Shown here one piece after another: positions 50,150 through 63,334 of a stretch of 64,000 nt of DNA; positions within the stretch are counted from its first letter, which is position 1; every line of letters starts with the position of its first letter. The translations under genes were made by a program, and so were the position numbers. The stretch is from Phoronis australis (taxonomy: Eukaryota > Animalia > Phoronida). The stretch covers positions 230,666-294,665 of the forward strand of contig NMRA01000407.1 in the NCBI GenBank assembly GCA_002633005.1, written 5' to 3'. Under the pieces are notes generated by a model that was not told the DNA's origin, searched no databases, and saw only the letters and a program-made list of their open reading frames with translations.

Positions 50150-50865
50150 AAGTTAGTAAAATGGCTAAGTTATTCTGTAATTAGTAACTTAAGTGGCTAA
50201 GTTATTCTGTAATTAGTAACTAAAGTGGCTATGTTTTTCTGTAGTTAGTAACTAAAGTGGCTAAGTTATTCTGTAGTTAGTAACTAGAGTGGCTAAGTTA
50301 TTCTGTAGTTAGTAACTAGAGTGGCTAAGTTATTCTGTAGTTAGTAACTAAAGTGGCTAAGTTATTCTGTAATTAGTAACTAAAGTGGCTAAGTTATTCT
50401 GTGATTAGTAACTAAATTGGCTAAGTTATTCTGTAGTTAGTAACTTAAATGGCTAAGTTATTCTGTAGTTAACAACTAAAGTGGCTAAGTTATTCTGTAT
50501 TTAGTAACTAAAGTGGCTACGTTATTCTTTAAATGGTAACTAAAGTGGCTAAGTTATTCTGGAATTATTAACTAAAATAAAAGTGGCTAATTTATTCTGT
50601 AATTAGTAACTAAAGTTGCTAAGTTATTTTGTAATTAGTAACTAAAGTGGCTTAGTTATTCTGTAATTAGTAACTAAAGTGCCTAAGTTATTCTGTAATT
50701 AGTAACTAAAGTGGCTTAGTTATTCTGTAATTAGTAACTAAAGTGGCTAAGTTATTTTGTAATTTGTAACTAAAGTGGTTAAGTTATTCTGTAATATGTT
50801 ACTAAAGTGGCTTAGTTATTCTATAATTAGTAAAGTGGCTATTAAAAGCTATTCTGTAATTAGAA
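50150..50865. repeat. 32-bp minisatellite (~22 units)
   Basis: taaagtggctaagttattctgtaattagtaac repeated with scattered variants. Confidence 0.97.
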
Positions 50866-51045
50866 TCTTGCCGCCCTACTAGTTGTTACTAGTAATTTTT
50901 GCTGTTAACAGAAGTAGCCATCACAACGGGAAAATGATATTGTGATGACTTAATATGTCTTGTACTGCAGTTGGGTTGTCTAGGTTTTGTTCATGCCTAC
51001 AACGGAATGGGGAATTTGTGATCACTGGTTTGTTTATTTTTTCAG

Positions 51046-51147
51046 AGTACTAAAGTGGAGGACATCTCTGAGTTCAAGAAGCAGCTTGGTCTCTTCCCTC
51101 TACCCAAGCCTTTCATCACAGTGGGTTCAGCGAAGTCTAAATTGTAG
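51046..51147 (+). CDS. IDE: IDE terminal coding exon ending in PTS1 (SKL*)
   Basis: STKVEDISEFKKQLGLFPLPKPFITVGSAKSKL-TAG; spliced single-copy CDS from 14669 sums to 2952 nt (983 aa + stop). Confidence 0.96.
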   Translation, partial: STKVEDISEFKKQLGLFPLPKPFITVGSAKSKL

Positions 51148-52136
51148 ATGCCAAGCCATGCATGACTAAGTTAAATGATCATGTTTTCACACGTCGTGCA
51201 CTCACAGTTTCCGAATCAACATTTTGTTCTCACCTGTTTCAAATCAGATTATATTACTTGACTATTAAAGAAATTTGCTGGCAATTTTAGATATCTGTGC
51301 ACTGCAAGTCATGAATTACTTAAATAGAGGGAAAGAAACCATTTATTTTGTGGATAGTACATTCAACAAACTACATACCATTAGTTAGGTATTTACACTG
51401 CGTCTACCAACCTCTATTTGTACTAAAATAGTGAATGGATTACAGTACAAACTCAGTAGTCAAATAGTCATGAAAAATTACACTTTATATTTTATCGGAT
51501 ATTGAAGGCAATTCCAATACCTCTGCATAATGACAGTTGGAATCTGACCACGTGTAAGCAGGTTACAATGGCAAATTATGGACAGCATCGTAGGAAGAAT
51601 TTTCACGTTTGGTTTAGATAAATAACTGTCTTATTTTACTGGATGATTTAGATAATAAATAACTGTCTTATTTTATTGGGTGAAATATGTTAAATGAATG
51701 AGGTGCATAACACTGTTTTAATACATTGTATTCTCAGTTTAGATATTGTGACGTAAGTATCGATTGGTTCCTAAATTTCTTCCATGAACCTTCCCTCAGT
51801 TAAATGGTGTATATATTTATGATATGGGCGGAAATGAAAAACTCATCACTTCAGAACTTTTTAATATATTGGCCATTTTGAAATTCCCATAATGGTTGCC
51901 CATAAATATGTTGAAATTCTCGTGTTGCGTGCCCACTTTTTGAGAACTAGTCTCATGTATGAAACTAATATTAGCTTGCAATAGGGAAGTATTTTAACGT
52001 TAATCTTAAATTTGTGAGTGTCATGTAAAGGTTTACTTGTTGGAAGACACTCTACTGCTGCTTGCTTGCAACTTACATGCACACTCTCTTAGTTAAATTA
52101 GATTTTTTGCCAAGTCATAGACAGAAATTTAAAAAT

Positions 52137-52568
52137 CAGTGCAACTACGTTGATTTCCATGTTCAACATTTCACTTTAATCGCTATTATCACAACAATGA
52201 ACCAATGTACACTCAACAGTGTTGAGCATTTAACTAACTGAACGAGTATACTTAGAAAGATGCACAGCAACAGAGCTCTGCTGCTGATTGAGTGAATGAG
52301 CTGCTTAAGTTTGTAAGCCTGAATGGCCAAAGACTCTTTATCAATCAGCAGCAGAGTTCTGTTGCTTTGAATCTATGATAGTTTGCTGTGGTTGAGTGTA
52401 CTCGATGTTTGTTTAGTTGGTTTAGTGGTAGAAACTGTTGAGTGTTCATTGGTTTACTGTCTTGATAAAGCTGTAGTGCTTGACACTGTTGAGTGTACAT
52501 TACTGTCTTGATAATGCTTTAGTGATTAAAGCAAAACATTCAACATCAAAATCAACGTAGTTGCACTG
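52137..52568. mobile_element. Foldback MITE / long imperfect hairpin
   Basis: CAGTGCAACTACGTTGATTT ... AAATCAACGTAGTTGCACTG ends; inner arms aatgtacactcaacagtgt/acactgttgagtgtacatt and agcaacagagctctgctgctgattga/tcaatcagcagcagagttctgttgct. Confidence 0.85.
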
Positions 52569-54549
52569 TTTAATTTCACTCTCTCACTTGTAAACAGGCC
52601 TCACTGTTGTGTCCTCGTCTGATTTTGTGAACAGGAATGCTGCTGCAATCGTTTTCTGTTTATTTATGCATTTTTAACTTGTTTGTGTATAGCATTCATT
52701 GATCCGCGATTGAATGTATGTTAAAGGAACTGAAGTATTAAGAGTTGAAATTTCTGTGATAATTGCAGCTCTTGAGGTATGCACTGGTTTTATTATTGCT
52801 AATGTCAAACTCTTAATTTGTAGCCAAGGAAATTGGTGTTGGATCACTTACCATTTGGATGAATACAATGATTCTTTAGGAGAGCAATAAAACTTGGAAG
52901 ACAATGTTGTAAAACATGAGGCATTTGGCAACATGTTGGAGACCAGAGTGTAACTGTTATTAAATTTGGTTAAATTCTGTGAGTAGAATTGTTAGTAGTA
53001 CTTAGGCCATTTGTTTTTTTCATGCAGTAGACCAAAAACTTAACCCATATATTGCCTTGTGACATTCCATAAACATCTAAATTTAAGCAGAGTGAAAACA
53101 ATGAAATATTTTAATCAAAAATTAAACTTTCTTGCAAATGCTACCTACTGGTAGTTTATGCATTCAGTTGTAATCTCAGACATTTTATCACCCTAAAAGT
53201 TTATTACAAAACTTACTCCTTGAAATAGTGTGAATCAATAGCCACATTCAAATGTGTCCATGCTGTGGTGTAAAACAACACACAGAGTGCTGCCCCTAGC
53301 TGGCAGACTTTGTCGAGTGAGGTGCGTAAAGAACAATATTGTTACTTGTCCTAGTGGGATAACCCCTTCAGGCTAGCACTACATAACTATCTAAAAGAAG
53401 GGAGTAGCTGTATAGCCATGACATTAAAAGGATGCTGAAAAATAATCAGCCAGATGTAAAGCAGTGATTGAATACTGCCGTTTTTGAAGAGCACAGCAAG
53501 AGTTGGGGATGTGGCCATTGTATTCAGCGAAAAGCAATTGATTTTTTGATGTGAAATAAAAATTTTCGATTGGTTGCAGTCTTTGACCAAGTGCCAGTTT
53601 GCACAGTGTTCATGCAAAAGTTTTCAACACAAGTCCTTACAAAAAACAATAACTTTTTATTGAAAATTATACTGCATGTTGCCATTGAACATTTCAACAA
53701 CTTTATGTAAAACAACAAAGTACACCATCTCCATTGTGCCAAGGCACAATTGATCAATAAATTTCTGTTCAATGCAACATATTTACAGCATTGAATTACT
53801 CGCAAGTGGCAATAACAGCGCACAAAACAAGCTTAACTAGTTCAGGTAATTGTCAATCGGTGAATTTTATTTTTTTCCAATGCACCACACAAATGCATAA
53901 AATTTGATGTTTCTCTCAATTGCTAACTTTTAAATGACAAAAAAGCCTTTGATTTTTGTCCGTTTTAACAGATTTTATCACAGATTTTGTTTTTCCTTTT
54001 ATTATTGAAAATATCAGCTGTCAAAAATGAAGACCTGGGAAACTGCAGCATTCTAAAGCATGAATATATTTTTATTTCAAGTCATTGCACATTCAGAAAA
54101 CACAATGCTCATACGGGTTGAAAATAAAGTTAAAAAATTATTTCATAAAACATAGGACTTCACAAACATTGACAACTGCCTTGAATTAACAATTTTTTAC
54201 CTACTTCTATATTAAAATCACAAGTCACAGTTTCATCCTCTTTATACGGTCCATTCCCTGACGGTTTTCAAGTGTCTTGCCTTCTTGCAAAATCATTTAG
54301 CTTAATTTAACAGTTTCGCTTTCACACACAACGTAAAGATTCCATAACCTGACCAGTTAAGACTGCCAGTTCCTTTCAACTGAACCAATGATGTCATAGT
54401 AAAACCGGTGCAGTTAATGAGACCTTAACAAGTTAAAAGACAGAGATCATGCGACTCAACTAACTTATACAACAGCTTTTTTGAATGAAGCCCCACAATC
54501 AATCAAAATATTTATGGTGAAAGAGACTGCTTGAATAAACCGACCTTAA

Positions 54550-55142
54550 CCCTTATCCTGCTGAGCCTCTATTCAGACTACTTTCCCTGTGTGCTCAGCT
54601 AAGTAGGTCACCGCTACTGCTGTACACCAACCTGTTGTGGAGGTCACCCAGCCTAATGACCTAACAATTTTAAATTGGAAATTTGAAGGGGATATATTAA
54701 ATTAACAGAAAAAAGTCAATACAAAACTTGTGCAGAATTTAATGGAGATTTATTTTCACCATGTGTAAGTCTTTATAATAGCCTTGGTGAAAGTAAACTG
54801 ATCCACTGTTATCCTCTCCCGTATGGCTCCAGCCATATAATGAAACTATGTGTCTACACTTACATAAAACTGCCAATATCTCCCAAACTAGTAATCACAG
54901 TCATATGGTTTAAATTGGAGAACTGTAGAGGAAACTGTGAAGTATGGAATGCTCATGGTCACATATCTAAACAACATTCCAGGGCTCTTACAATTTGTGA
55001 ATGAAAATCACAAGTGTCCTGGGGTGAGTGCACTCTCCTAGCGCAGCCCAGCTGTAACTTATTATAGTCGATTGAGTACACCCAACGCATTTTAATAGGA
55101 TAATTGGCATGTCGGCTGACCTCGCCTATCGCAGGATAAGGG
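54550..55142. mobile_element. piggyBac-like MITE (593 bp)
   Basis: TTAA-CCCTTATCCTGC ... GCAGGATAAGGG-TTAA. Confidence 0.88.
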
Positions 55143-55857
55143 TTAAAATTCGGTGATGTGAACTACATGTAATCATTTGCTTTAAACAGAACTTCAACAA
55201 AAAATTCAACAAAGCTCGAAATGCAAATGAAAATTTCATGGTGACTGCCTTTATAGATTGCGTACCAGAGGCCTATTTTGCAACTGCTCCTTGTTTTTTT
55301 AGACAGTATAAAGTGGTACTTATGCCAAATTATACGACTGGTCGAAAGTCTTGCAATCAATAAAACATTTTACTTTCACCAAAACCGCTCAATCGTTAAA
55401 ATCTGATGGGACACTGGGCACATGATTTTCTGAACCAAATTGAGTTCCAAACAAGGATTCTATGTAGAGATCCTGATTTTCCATTTACAAAAACAGTTAG
55501 TTGATTGCACCACAACTCTAATCCAACTTAAGACACACTGACAGCGCTTCCTCTACACTAACAAGTTGGTTGTCGAGCGACCGCCTATCAAATTGGCCTA
55601 GTGTTGACCTCGGGTCATGAATTTAATGGATGAGTTGATATCTTCCTGATAATACTTTCAGTAAATACATGAAATCAGAAATATTAGAACTCTGATATCT
55701 ACTAACTGAAATACACGAATTCCAGTACAATACCACTGAAAAGTTCAATTGTCAAATCTTGTCAATTTCGTTCGTTTCCGCTATCATGGAAAATCAGGAC
55801 GAGCACATGCTGTACTATTACTTCTCATCTGCTAGCCTGTTGACAGACGACACACAT

Positions 55858-55980
55858 CTACATTGCAATCTCCTGTATGTCGGGATAGTCTCTAATCACC
55901 CGCTGTGCCTGGCGTACATACTGTTGCTGCTTGTAGTACACCTTCATAACACCTTTGATGGACACAAATGCAACCCCTCC
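55858..55980 (-). CDS. MARCH5: MARCH5 terminal coding exon
   Basis: GGVAFVSIKGVMKVYYKQQQYVRQAQRVIRDYPDIQEIAM*; acceptor tttcag. Confidence 0.95.
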   Translation of the reverse strand, partial: GGVAFVSIKGVMKVYYKQQQYVRQAQRVIRDYPDIQEIAM

Positions 55981-56233
55981 CTGAAAATCAACAAAGAAAT
56001 CAGTACAAAATAGCTTGCAACATGAGCCAACCATGAGCCGGCTGCTTTGTGGTGGTTTTGTCTTATGCGGGTTCGAGTCCCGTGTGCTAGCCGTATTGAC
56101 TATTGGGTAACGTTTTGAGAACATTGTTTGGTTCCGTCGTTTGACAAACTATTTATCGTTTTTAGATAGCTGTCTCTTCAAGAATAAATCGTTTTAAACG
56201 AAGCTGACGCGTTATTCTATAGCCCAAACTAAT

Positions 56234-56323
56234 ACTGGTGAAACCCCTTCTGTGTAGTAAACTGGTGAAACCCCTTCTGTGTAGTAAACTGGTGAAACCC
56301 ATTCTGTGTAGTAAACTGGTGAA
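56234..56323. repeat. 27-bp tandem repeat x3.3
   Basis: actggtgaaaccccttctgtgtagtaa repeated. Confidence 0.92.
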
Positions 56324-57019
56324 AATAAATGATGCAGACTTCAGTCATTCTGGTTAATTTTTTGTATCTGCTTGGCTTAAAACGACATATCGACATCCAA
56401 ATTGACATTTTGCTCACCGTACCTGACCTTAATACAGGTGTTCAGCTAAATGTCCCCCTGAAATTTCAAGATTTTTACCATGAATACACATTTTCTGTAA
56501 TACTCAGCTCAGAGAACTTTTTTTAATTCTTCAATTTAAAAGCTCAAGCCATAAGTCAAATGAATAGTGTAGTTGTATTTCCACTGTGCAACACTTATGT
56601 TGCCCACCCAAGAAACAGCAAAAATGCCTGTTCATTGGAAGCAACATCACTCATCTGAAAAACCCGACCAAACATGCTCTGCTATAGTCATCAACTTTTA
56701 ACAGTAGAATAGATATATAAGGTAAAAAGTAGCACAATTGGTTCTGGGCTTTAATTGACTTATCTTAAAACATGCACCTCAGAGATGACATCAGATGGCT
56801 CAAGGTAAAAGAAAACAACCTATTTCAGCAGACATAAGATGACTTTTTTGAAAATATGAACTAAAAATAAAGAAAACCAATTGTGCTATTTTTCGGCCTG
56901 AGATTACATAGTTGCCTATTACAAAATCTTTATTACACAGTGTTTCAGAACAGCAAAATGTGTCAACAAGTATAAGAATTTTGTAAAGACCATATCTATT
57001 GACAAGCCACATGTCTTAC

Positions 57020-57183
57020 CAGTAGAGTGCGTTGGAAGTTTGACTGCACTTGGCCGAACAGCAGCTTGCCGACAACGGTGGCTATAGTGGGCATGATGAG
57101 AGCACCACAGAGCACCCTGGTGGCTGACACGGGATCTGACATGTTGCCAATCTCCGCTGGAATACGGTTCAGGCTCTCTGCAT
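57020..57183 (-). CDS. MARCH5: MARCH5 exon
   Basis: AESLNRIPAEIGNMSDPVSATRVLCGALIMPTIATVVGKLLFGQVQSNFQRTLL; AG/GT. Confidence 0.95.
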
Positions 57184-57479
57184 CTAGAAAGATGAAAGTC
57201 ATATTTCGCATCAAGAAAGCTCTATTTCACCATAATAACTCAAGCAAGACAAGGCAGGGCTCGACATAACCAGCTGCAGCTCGCAAATGAAATTTAGAAA
57301 TGCGAGCCGAGATTTTTGCCAGCTCGTATGAAGTTGCAAAATGCGACTTGGAATTTCCAGTGTATGCGAGATGAGTTTTCACACTTCTCTGTAGATCCCT
57401 GGCAAATATATATCAATTCATGTGAATTCGACCGTTATTTGGTTGTTGTCAAATCAAGTTCAAAAGAACACTAACCGAG

Positions 57480-57970
57480 ATCAGCCCTCCCGATGACTTG
57501 TCAACATGGGATAATGCAGAATCAATCTTAGACGCGTTTCATTGATTAAAATTTTCGGATACTTTGCAATTTTCCTGAGGTGCCGAAGAAAGTTTCGGAG
57601 CACGTCACAAAACAGCAATGTTCCTAGTAGAGGCAGATCTAGGGGGTAGGGGATTCAAGGGGTTCAAACCCCCCCTCAGGACAGGATCAAAAATTAAATT
57701 AAAAAAAATGTCTGGAAAACGAAATCAGCTACTAAAAACCAAAAATCATACACGAGAGGGGACAAATCCCCTTCCGACCTTCTCTCCACTCGGATTCGCG
57801 CTTATCCTAAACCCCCTTATTGAAAACGTACCCTGCAACTGTCTACTAACTCTTGATCACCTAACCAAAATTTGTGGTGGAAAAATTTATTTTTCACGTT
57901 AGATGCCCTTATTATCAACTAGCCACGACAATATCCCTGATATCGCACTGCGGCACTAGTCAGTCCCGAC
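57480..57970 (+). repeat. Dispersed repeat related to 63335-63645, interrupted by a small MITE
   Basis: Shared blocks cagccctcc.gatgacttgt, gtgccgaagaaagtttcgga, gtggtggaaaaa, tcgcactg.ggcact.gtcagt. Confidence 0.75.
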
Positions 57971-60394
57971 AGCCACGTCTTTACTTTCAGCACAGTAGTT
58001 TTTGACAGAGTCGCCAAAAAATTCTCAAACCATTTACTCGTTTCTAGGGCTATAAGAGCGACATATGAGTCATGTGTCACATAATTATGTTGTTGCCAAT
58101 GTAAAGTGTAGGTCTACTCGAGCGAAGTGCGTGAACTCACGCGTGCGCACCATTCCAAAGCTGTACATCAAAAGAGAACAGTGACAGACATAACTGAAAG
58201 AGTATACCGGCTTGGCTCTGTTAATCACCCAGGTGCCAATGGTTTATTTGACAATGAATTTAAAGTTCCCGGCAGTTATAAAATACCCAATGCTTTATGA
58301 TATTCCCCGGGACTGATGTAGCCCAGAACTGATATTTTCCTGTTCCGATGTTCCCCGGGTCGACGTTCACTAGGCCCGATGTTCTATGTCCGTATATATA
58401 GTCAGCTATTCGGCAATTAAAAGCAGATGCGCACCCAGTCTTACAAAGTGGGGGGCTCAAACTTTTGAGAATGTGGACTGTTTACAATGTTTCATGGGGT
58501 ATGTCTAGAGCTTTGAATTGTGCATTAGCCGAATTTTGGTAGTTCCTGGCTTTTTGGTGGAACTTTGTCTCGTTTTTACTTTCTTTCGGATTTTTTTCCT
58601 CCGAGGCGGACTTTTTGGCCCACTCCCTCCCCCCTGGGGGCGTGCATGAAACAGGTGAATGCAAAATTGTGGTTAGCAAACTTTATTACACCATACGCCC
58701 TTATTTTTTGCTCCCCAGACCAAGCAGTAAAATTAATTTTCAGACTCCAATAAAAAGAATTATCCTGTTCCGGCTGAAGCGAGTGATTAAAAACTAAATT
58801 ATTTCAGGTGGCTAGAAAGGGTATTGTAGGTGACAACGAAAGTCAGAAATTCACTCCTACTAGGGTTTGCCTCGCAAAATCGTATTATAATAGCATTTCT
58901 TACTTTTGCAGTCTTTCAATATCTTATTACTGCAAACACTCAGGTTAACGACTATGCTCATGCATGTGCCTCCTCCTCCATTTGAAGTGTTTCATAATAA
59001 GCGATCACTGCACTACTAAATGTTCCCTCCCTCAAGTTTTGAGAATTTCCAGTTCAGGCTAGCGGTCATCATAGCGCACAACTACTATGACTGCACATGG
59101 TTTGAAATTGACATGCACACTCTCATTTTACACAACAAATTCAGTTTTCAAAAATACGTCTTTTCTAAATATGTAAAAAAAAACCCGGCTTTGTTTTATA
59201 GCTCCGAAAGAAAGTTAACACTAGTGACATCCGTGTCGTTTTGTGACTGACCTATTTTTCCCATATATGAAAGGTATTGAGGAGCAAACGCGAATTCCAC
59301 AATAGAAACCCGCATGGAGTTGAGAATATTTGCAAGGCATCATTTTATGGAAAAATAATCATTAAGTACATTAACAGCATAAGTCCCACATTTTTGTGAA
59401 ATTTGCACTGAAGTGTTCCCACGCATCCCATACGTCATTCGGCTAGGACAAACTTTCAGTGATTTCTTTTGAGAGGATGTTCTTCAAATGTAGAGTTCAG
59501 TTGCAAAGTTTTGGGCAGCCAACAAAATATGGAGGGAGTTTGCACTCAGAGTTAGTTTGAATCTTTAACGACTTTGATGACAGTCATATCTAGGTCAAAC
59601 CTAGCAAAATCGAGGATACTTTTTCAACGAGTATTTTCTCCCTTTTCACACTGCAAACTTAGGTACTCGAATGCAGGTGTCAGAGAGCACTGGATCAACT
59701 TTCATGCCGGCAACTAGCCTTGTGCTCTAGAGCCTTTTAATGCCGGGCGGTCCTGAAGAACAGTAACGCCGTACCTGTATGTAAGAAATCAATTTTACAA
59801 CCTGAAATGTGTGAGTATTTAATGCCGCAATTAAGAGCATACCATAATCTAAACATTTTCTCGAAGATATAAAAAAATCAATTTTGGCAAAAATGGCGGG
59901 AAAATTTTGCGACCTAGTATTTATGAATGCGAGCTGCATTTTGAAAATGCGACCTGGGATTTTGGCTGGGTCGAAAAATGCAAGGTACTTACCTGGAACA
60001 AACCCCAAAATAACACCTTTCATATGACATTACCAGATTCAAGAGCAAAAGAATGTTTACAAATTTGCGGAGTGAAACTATTTGATGGTCAATACAGAAA
60101 TATGACTTGAAAAATAACAAAAATGGGACTTGAAAAACAAAATCCCTGGACTTCCCAGCTCAGTTTTGAGACTTAAATTTTTGGAAACAAGATTTAAAAC
60201 TATTATTAATAATAAAGTAAACATCAACTTTCACATAAGTTACATCACAGAATGATCCATGCATTATTATTCAAAATATGAATATTTCAAAATATGACAC
60301 AACATTGAGAAGTAAGCTCCTTCTGATGAAGTGAACGTACTTGAAGGGAATAAATAATTGAAGAGCGGCACTTTGAGACAGTATTTCAACATAC

Positions 60395-60581
60395 TTGAAG
60401 GGAATAAATAATTGAAGAGCGGCACTTTGACACAGTATTTGCGCCACACTTTAAGGCAGTAGTCTTCCCAGCGCACCATTTTACCCAGAATTAAAGTGAC
60501 AGGGATCGTGGGTAGCCCGATGAGTAAAAACAAGGGATCAGCCTTCTCCATAACATTCAGTCCTTCTTTGTGGCCCACAAC
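60395..60581 (-). CDS. MARCH5: MARCH5 exon (alternative in-frame donor would extend it to 60341)
   Basis: VVGHKEGLNVMEKADPLFLLIGLPTIPVTLILGKMVRWEDYCLKVWRKYCVKVPLFNYLFPS; donor A|GTATGT. Confidence 0.93.
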
Positions 60582-60984
60582 CTGCAATAAACAAATTAAC
60601 AAAATTTAGGAATCACAATCTAACAATGGCTTTGCAACATGACAACAGTTCATCAGTTTCCTGGAGGAGCTTTATCTTGCATTGCCCTTAAATGAAGGCA
60701 TTTAGAATACATTAAAAGTCATGCATATATTGTAGTAATAACACTAGAACCAGACTATGGCAAAATGACACGCAGCTATTCAGATTTGGTCTTAGATGGG
60801 TCTAGATTCAGATAGAGGGCTGTAACACCTCTGATCTGCCATTCTGTATAGTTGCAGTGCGAGAAACAAAAAAGTCCACGTTTCTGATCACTGTCACGCC
60901 CTCTATTGGACATGAACTGAATAGATCTCTGCCTAGACGGATGTGTACTCTAACACTAGACTTCCACAACAGAAAGTTAGTGAC

Positions 60985-61115
60985 CTGCATGACTGTGACA
61001 GCTCCATATGTGACGGCGGTCCAATACAGAGAGCCCACAAATATCCCACCAGCAAGAAACGGACACAATTTGTTGATGGCCTTGTCAATTAAGTCGAGGC
61101 CAAACACAAGAGGGC
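60985..61115 (-). CDS. MARCH5: MARCH5 exon (first TM helix)
   Basis: PLVFGLDLIDKAINKLCPFLAGGIFVGSLYWTAVTYGAVTVMQ; AG/GT. Confidence 0.96.
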
Positions 61116-61339
61116 CTGAAATAATATGAAATCAACACTTGTTAGTATACACCCTGGAAATTGTTATTAATATATCACTATTAAATCAGCATTTATATGT
61201 AAGTGTGACTTTTACATTTTAGATTCAAAATTAGAAGACCAAGTCATTATAAATGCAAAATCTGAAATAAATTTGAGACTTTATTCTTAATTAAAGGAGT
61301 GTTATACCTATAATTATTTGCTTCTTTAAAAATACTAAC

Positions 61340-61545
61340 CCAGTTTAGGAAAGACCAAGATGTACTGAGTGTTACACTGTGGGCAGGCTACTTTAGCTGT
61401 GCTTACTCCTTTCTGTTTCTCATCAATCCACCGGTTCAAGCATCGCTGGTGGACCCACTTTGAAGTTCCACGGCATTTACACGGCTTCACCCACTTAGCT
61501 TCTAAATCATCTTCTTCCATAGCAAAGCAAACCCAACATGTTTTC
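61340..61545 (-). CDS. MARCH5: MARCH5 RING-CH (RINGv) exon
   Basis: KTCWVCFAMEEDDLEAKWVKPCKCRGTSKWVHQRCLNRWIDEKQKG...CPQCNTQYILVFPKL: C4HC3 RINGv; AG/GT; needs a short upstream exon (not found). Confidence 0.97.
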
Positions 61546-63334
61546 CTGGAAAACATTTTTTTGATTAGTAATTTATTTGGAAGCTTTATCTGAGCAATGG
61601 ATCCATCCTCTTGTCAAGTTTTTAAAAATAAATTAATTGTATATAGTACTAAATTATTTATTATAATACTTTAATTGTACAATCTCCTTGCATTTAATCC
61701 CTACGTTACTTTGTATGACTAGACCCACTTGGAAATCAGCAGATTCACTGAAATGTTCAAAAGTGGTGTGGCCAAAGGTGGCATGCTGGCAGACTTAGAA
61801 ATGTTTCCGAAAATTAAATAAATAAATGGATGCAAAGTCGTGTTTTCTTTTTTGTATTTATTTTGTCATCATGCATCAGAAGTCAAAGTACTTCCCATCA
61901 GCATCACTATCAATCTTAGGCCCATTTTTTGTTCACGCCAGTGTCTTTGTCACTCCACATTCAGATGTCACTATGCACATCCCATTTTACTTGTTATTAT
62001 CTATTGTTTTGAATTGTACTTGTGTTGTACTGCATTTTTAGCTTATCACAAACCACCTTAGCAGGTGTGAGTGTAGTGAAGCCTCCCATTGAAGGAATTA
62101 ATCAACTCCAATCAGCATTGGCTAACTTGCAATCTATTAAAAAACATTTACACAGGGTTCTACAACGAAAACAAAGATTTTCAAAGACGGCACAGCATTG
62201 GACTGTAAAGAAAAACTACTCACAAACTTAATAAATTATCATACCAGGTACAGATTTTTATGTTTTGACTAACAGACATATCAAAAGTTTAAATAAAAAA
62301 CAAGCATGTTAAACTTGTAATCCTACACCAGTATAAGTAACAGGAGTAGTTATCAACCATCAAATCATGTGTGAATATACAGGTGATAACAAGTTTTAAG
62401 TCCTTATCTCAAAGGCCAATCTAGTTCAAAAACCTAAAAATTTCTACCAAATTAAATAATATGTAACATGTCACAATGTTCAGATTTTTTCTGTTACCAA
62501 ACTAAAAGCCTTTTTGAGCACAATTTTGTACCTTGGCCGAGATCGCAAAATCATCGACTATTCCTGTCCTAAGTTCCTGTGCATTAGTTCAGGAACAATT
62601 CCTGAATGACGGTCATGTTGTTTTTGAAAACGCATAAACATCACCAAGAGCGTAAATGCATTCTTACTTTGTTTGGTTGTTTTTTGATTCTCATTTTGGT
62701 TCTTTTTATACAAACTTCATTATTTATTGTCCAAATGTCACCTGTTCTTCCCATATCACGAATGGTATTTAATGCATAATCTAAGTTTGTGAAGTACGTC
62801 GCATCTCCCGCAGCCAATGCTCGGCTACAGAGGTCAGCCCCGACTCATCGCCAGGGTACGTCAAACTTTAGCAACAGTACCCGTTGAGGTAATAAATTAG
62901 AGAAAAAAAAACTTTTATGATAATCAAATGTCTCATCTTTATCGCCATATCATGAAAATGATGCAAAGTACCAGCCTGGAGTGAGCAATTGCCGTGTGAC
63001 TACCCGGACGTGTGAGCGAAATCCGTACTTGGTACCAAATCGGCACCAGCTTTACTGGCAGTTAAAAACGTAAAACAGAAAAAAATCCAAACACAGCAAT
63101 GTTTCAGCTAACAAAAACAAGTTCTATCTCAAAACAGCGAGCTCCACAGCTCAATTGCAATAATGCACACCTGTGCTTGATTTTGCTGCCCGGACACAGG
63201 CCAACGAAGTAATTGACCTTATGCCTGAAAATGAATGACAGGTATGATTGACTAATCAGAATACTGGAATTGTGAGTGGCACGTTTCTTTAAACTTTCTT
63301 CAACTACAGTTATAGGTTAGGTACTGCATGGAGA

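Noticed and set aside
50150-50865. CRISPR-like 32-bp repeat array (also the 40-, 41- and 31-bp arrays)
   Set aside because: Head-to-tail units with no unique spacers, eukaryotic intron context, no cas genes
56010-56100. tRNA/SINE suggested by B-box GGTTCGAGTCC at ~56069
   Set aside because: No convincing A-box or cloverleaf; at most a decayed SINE head
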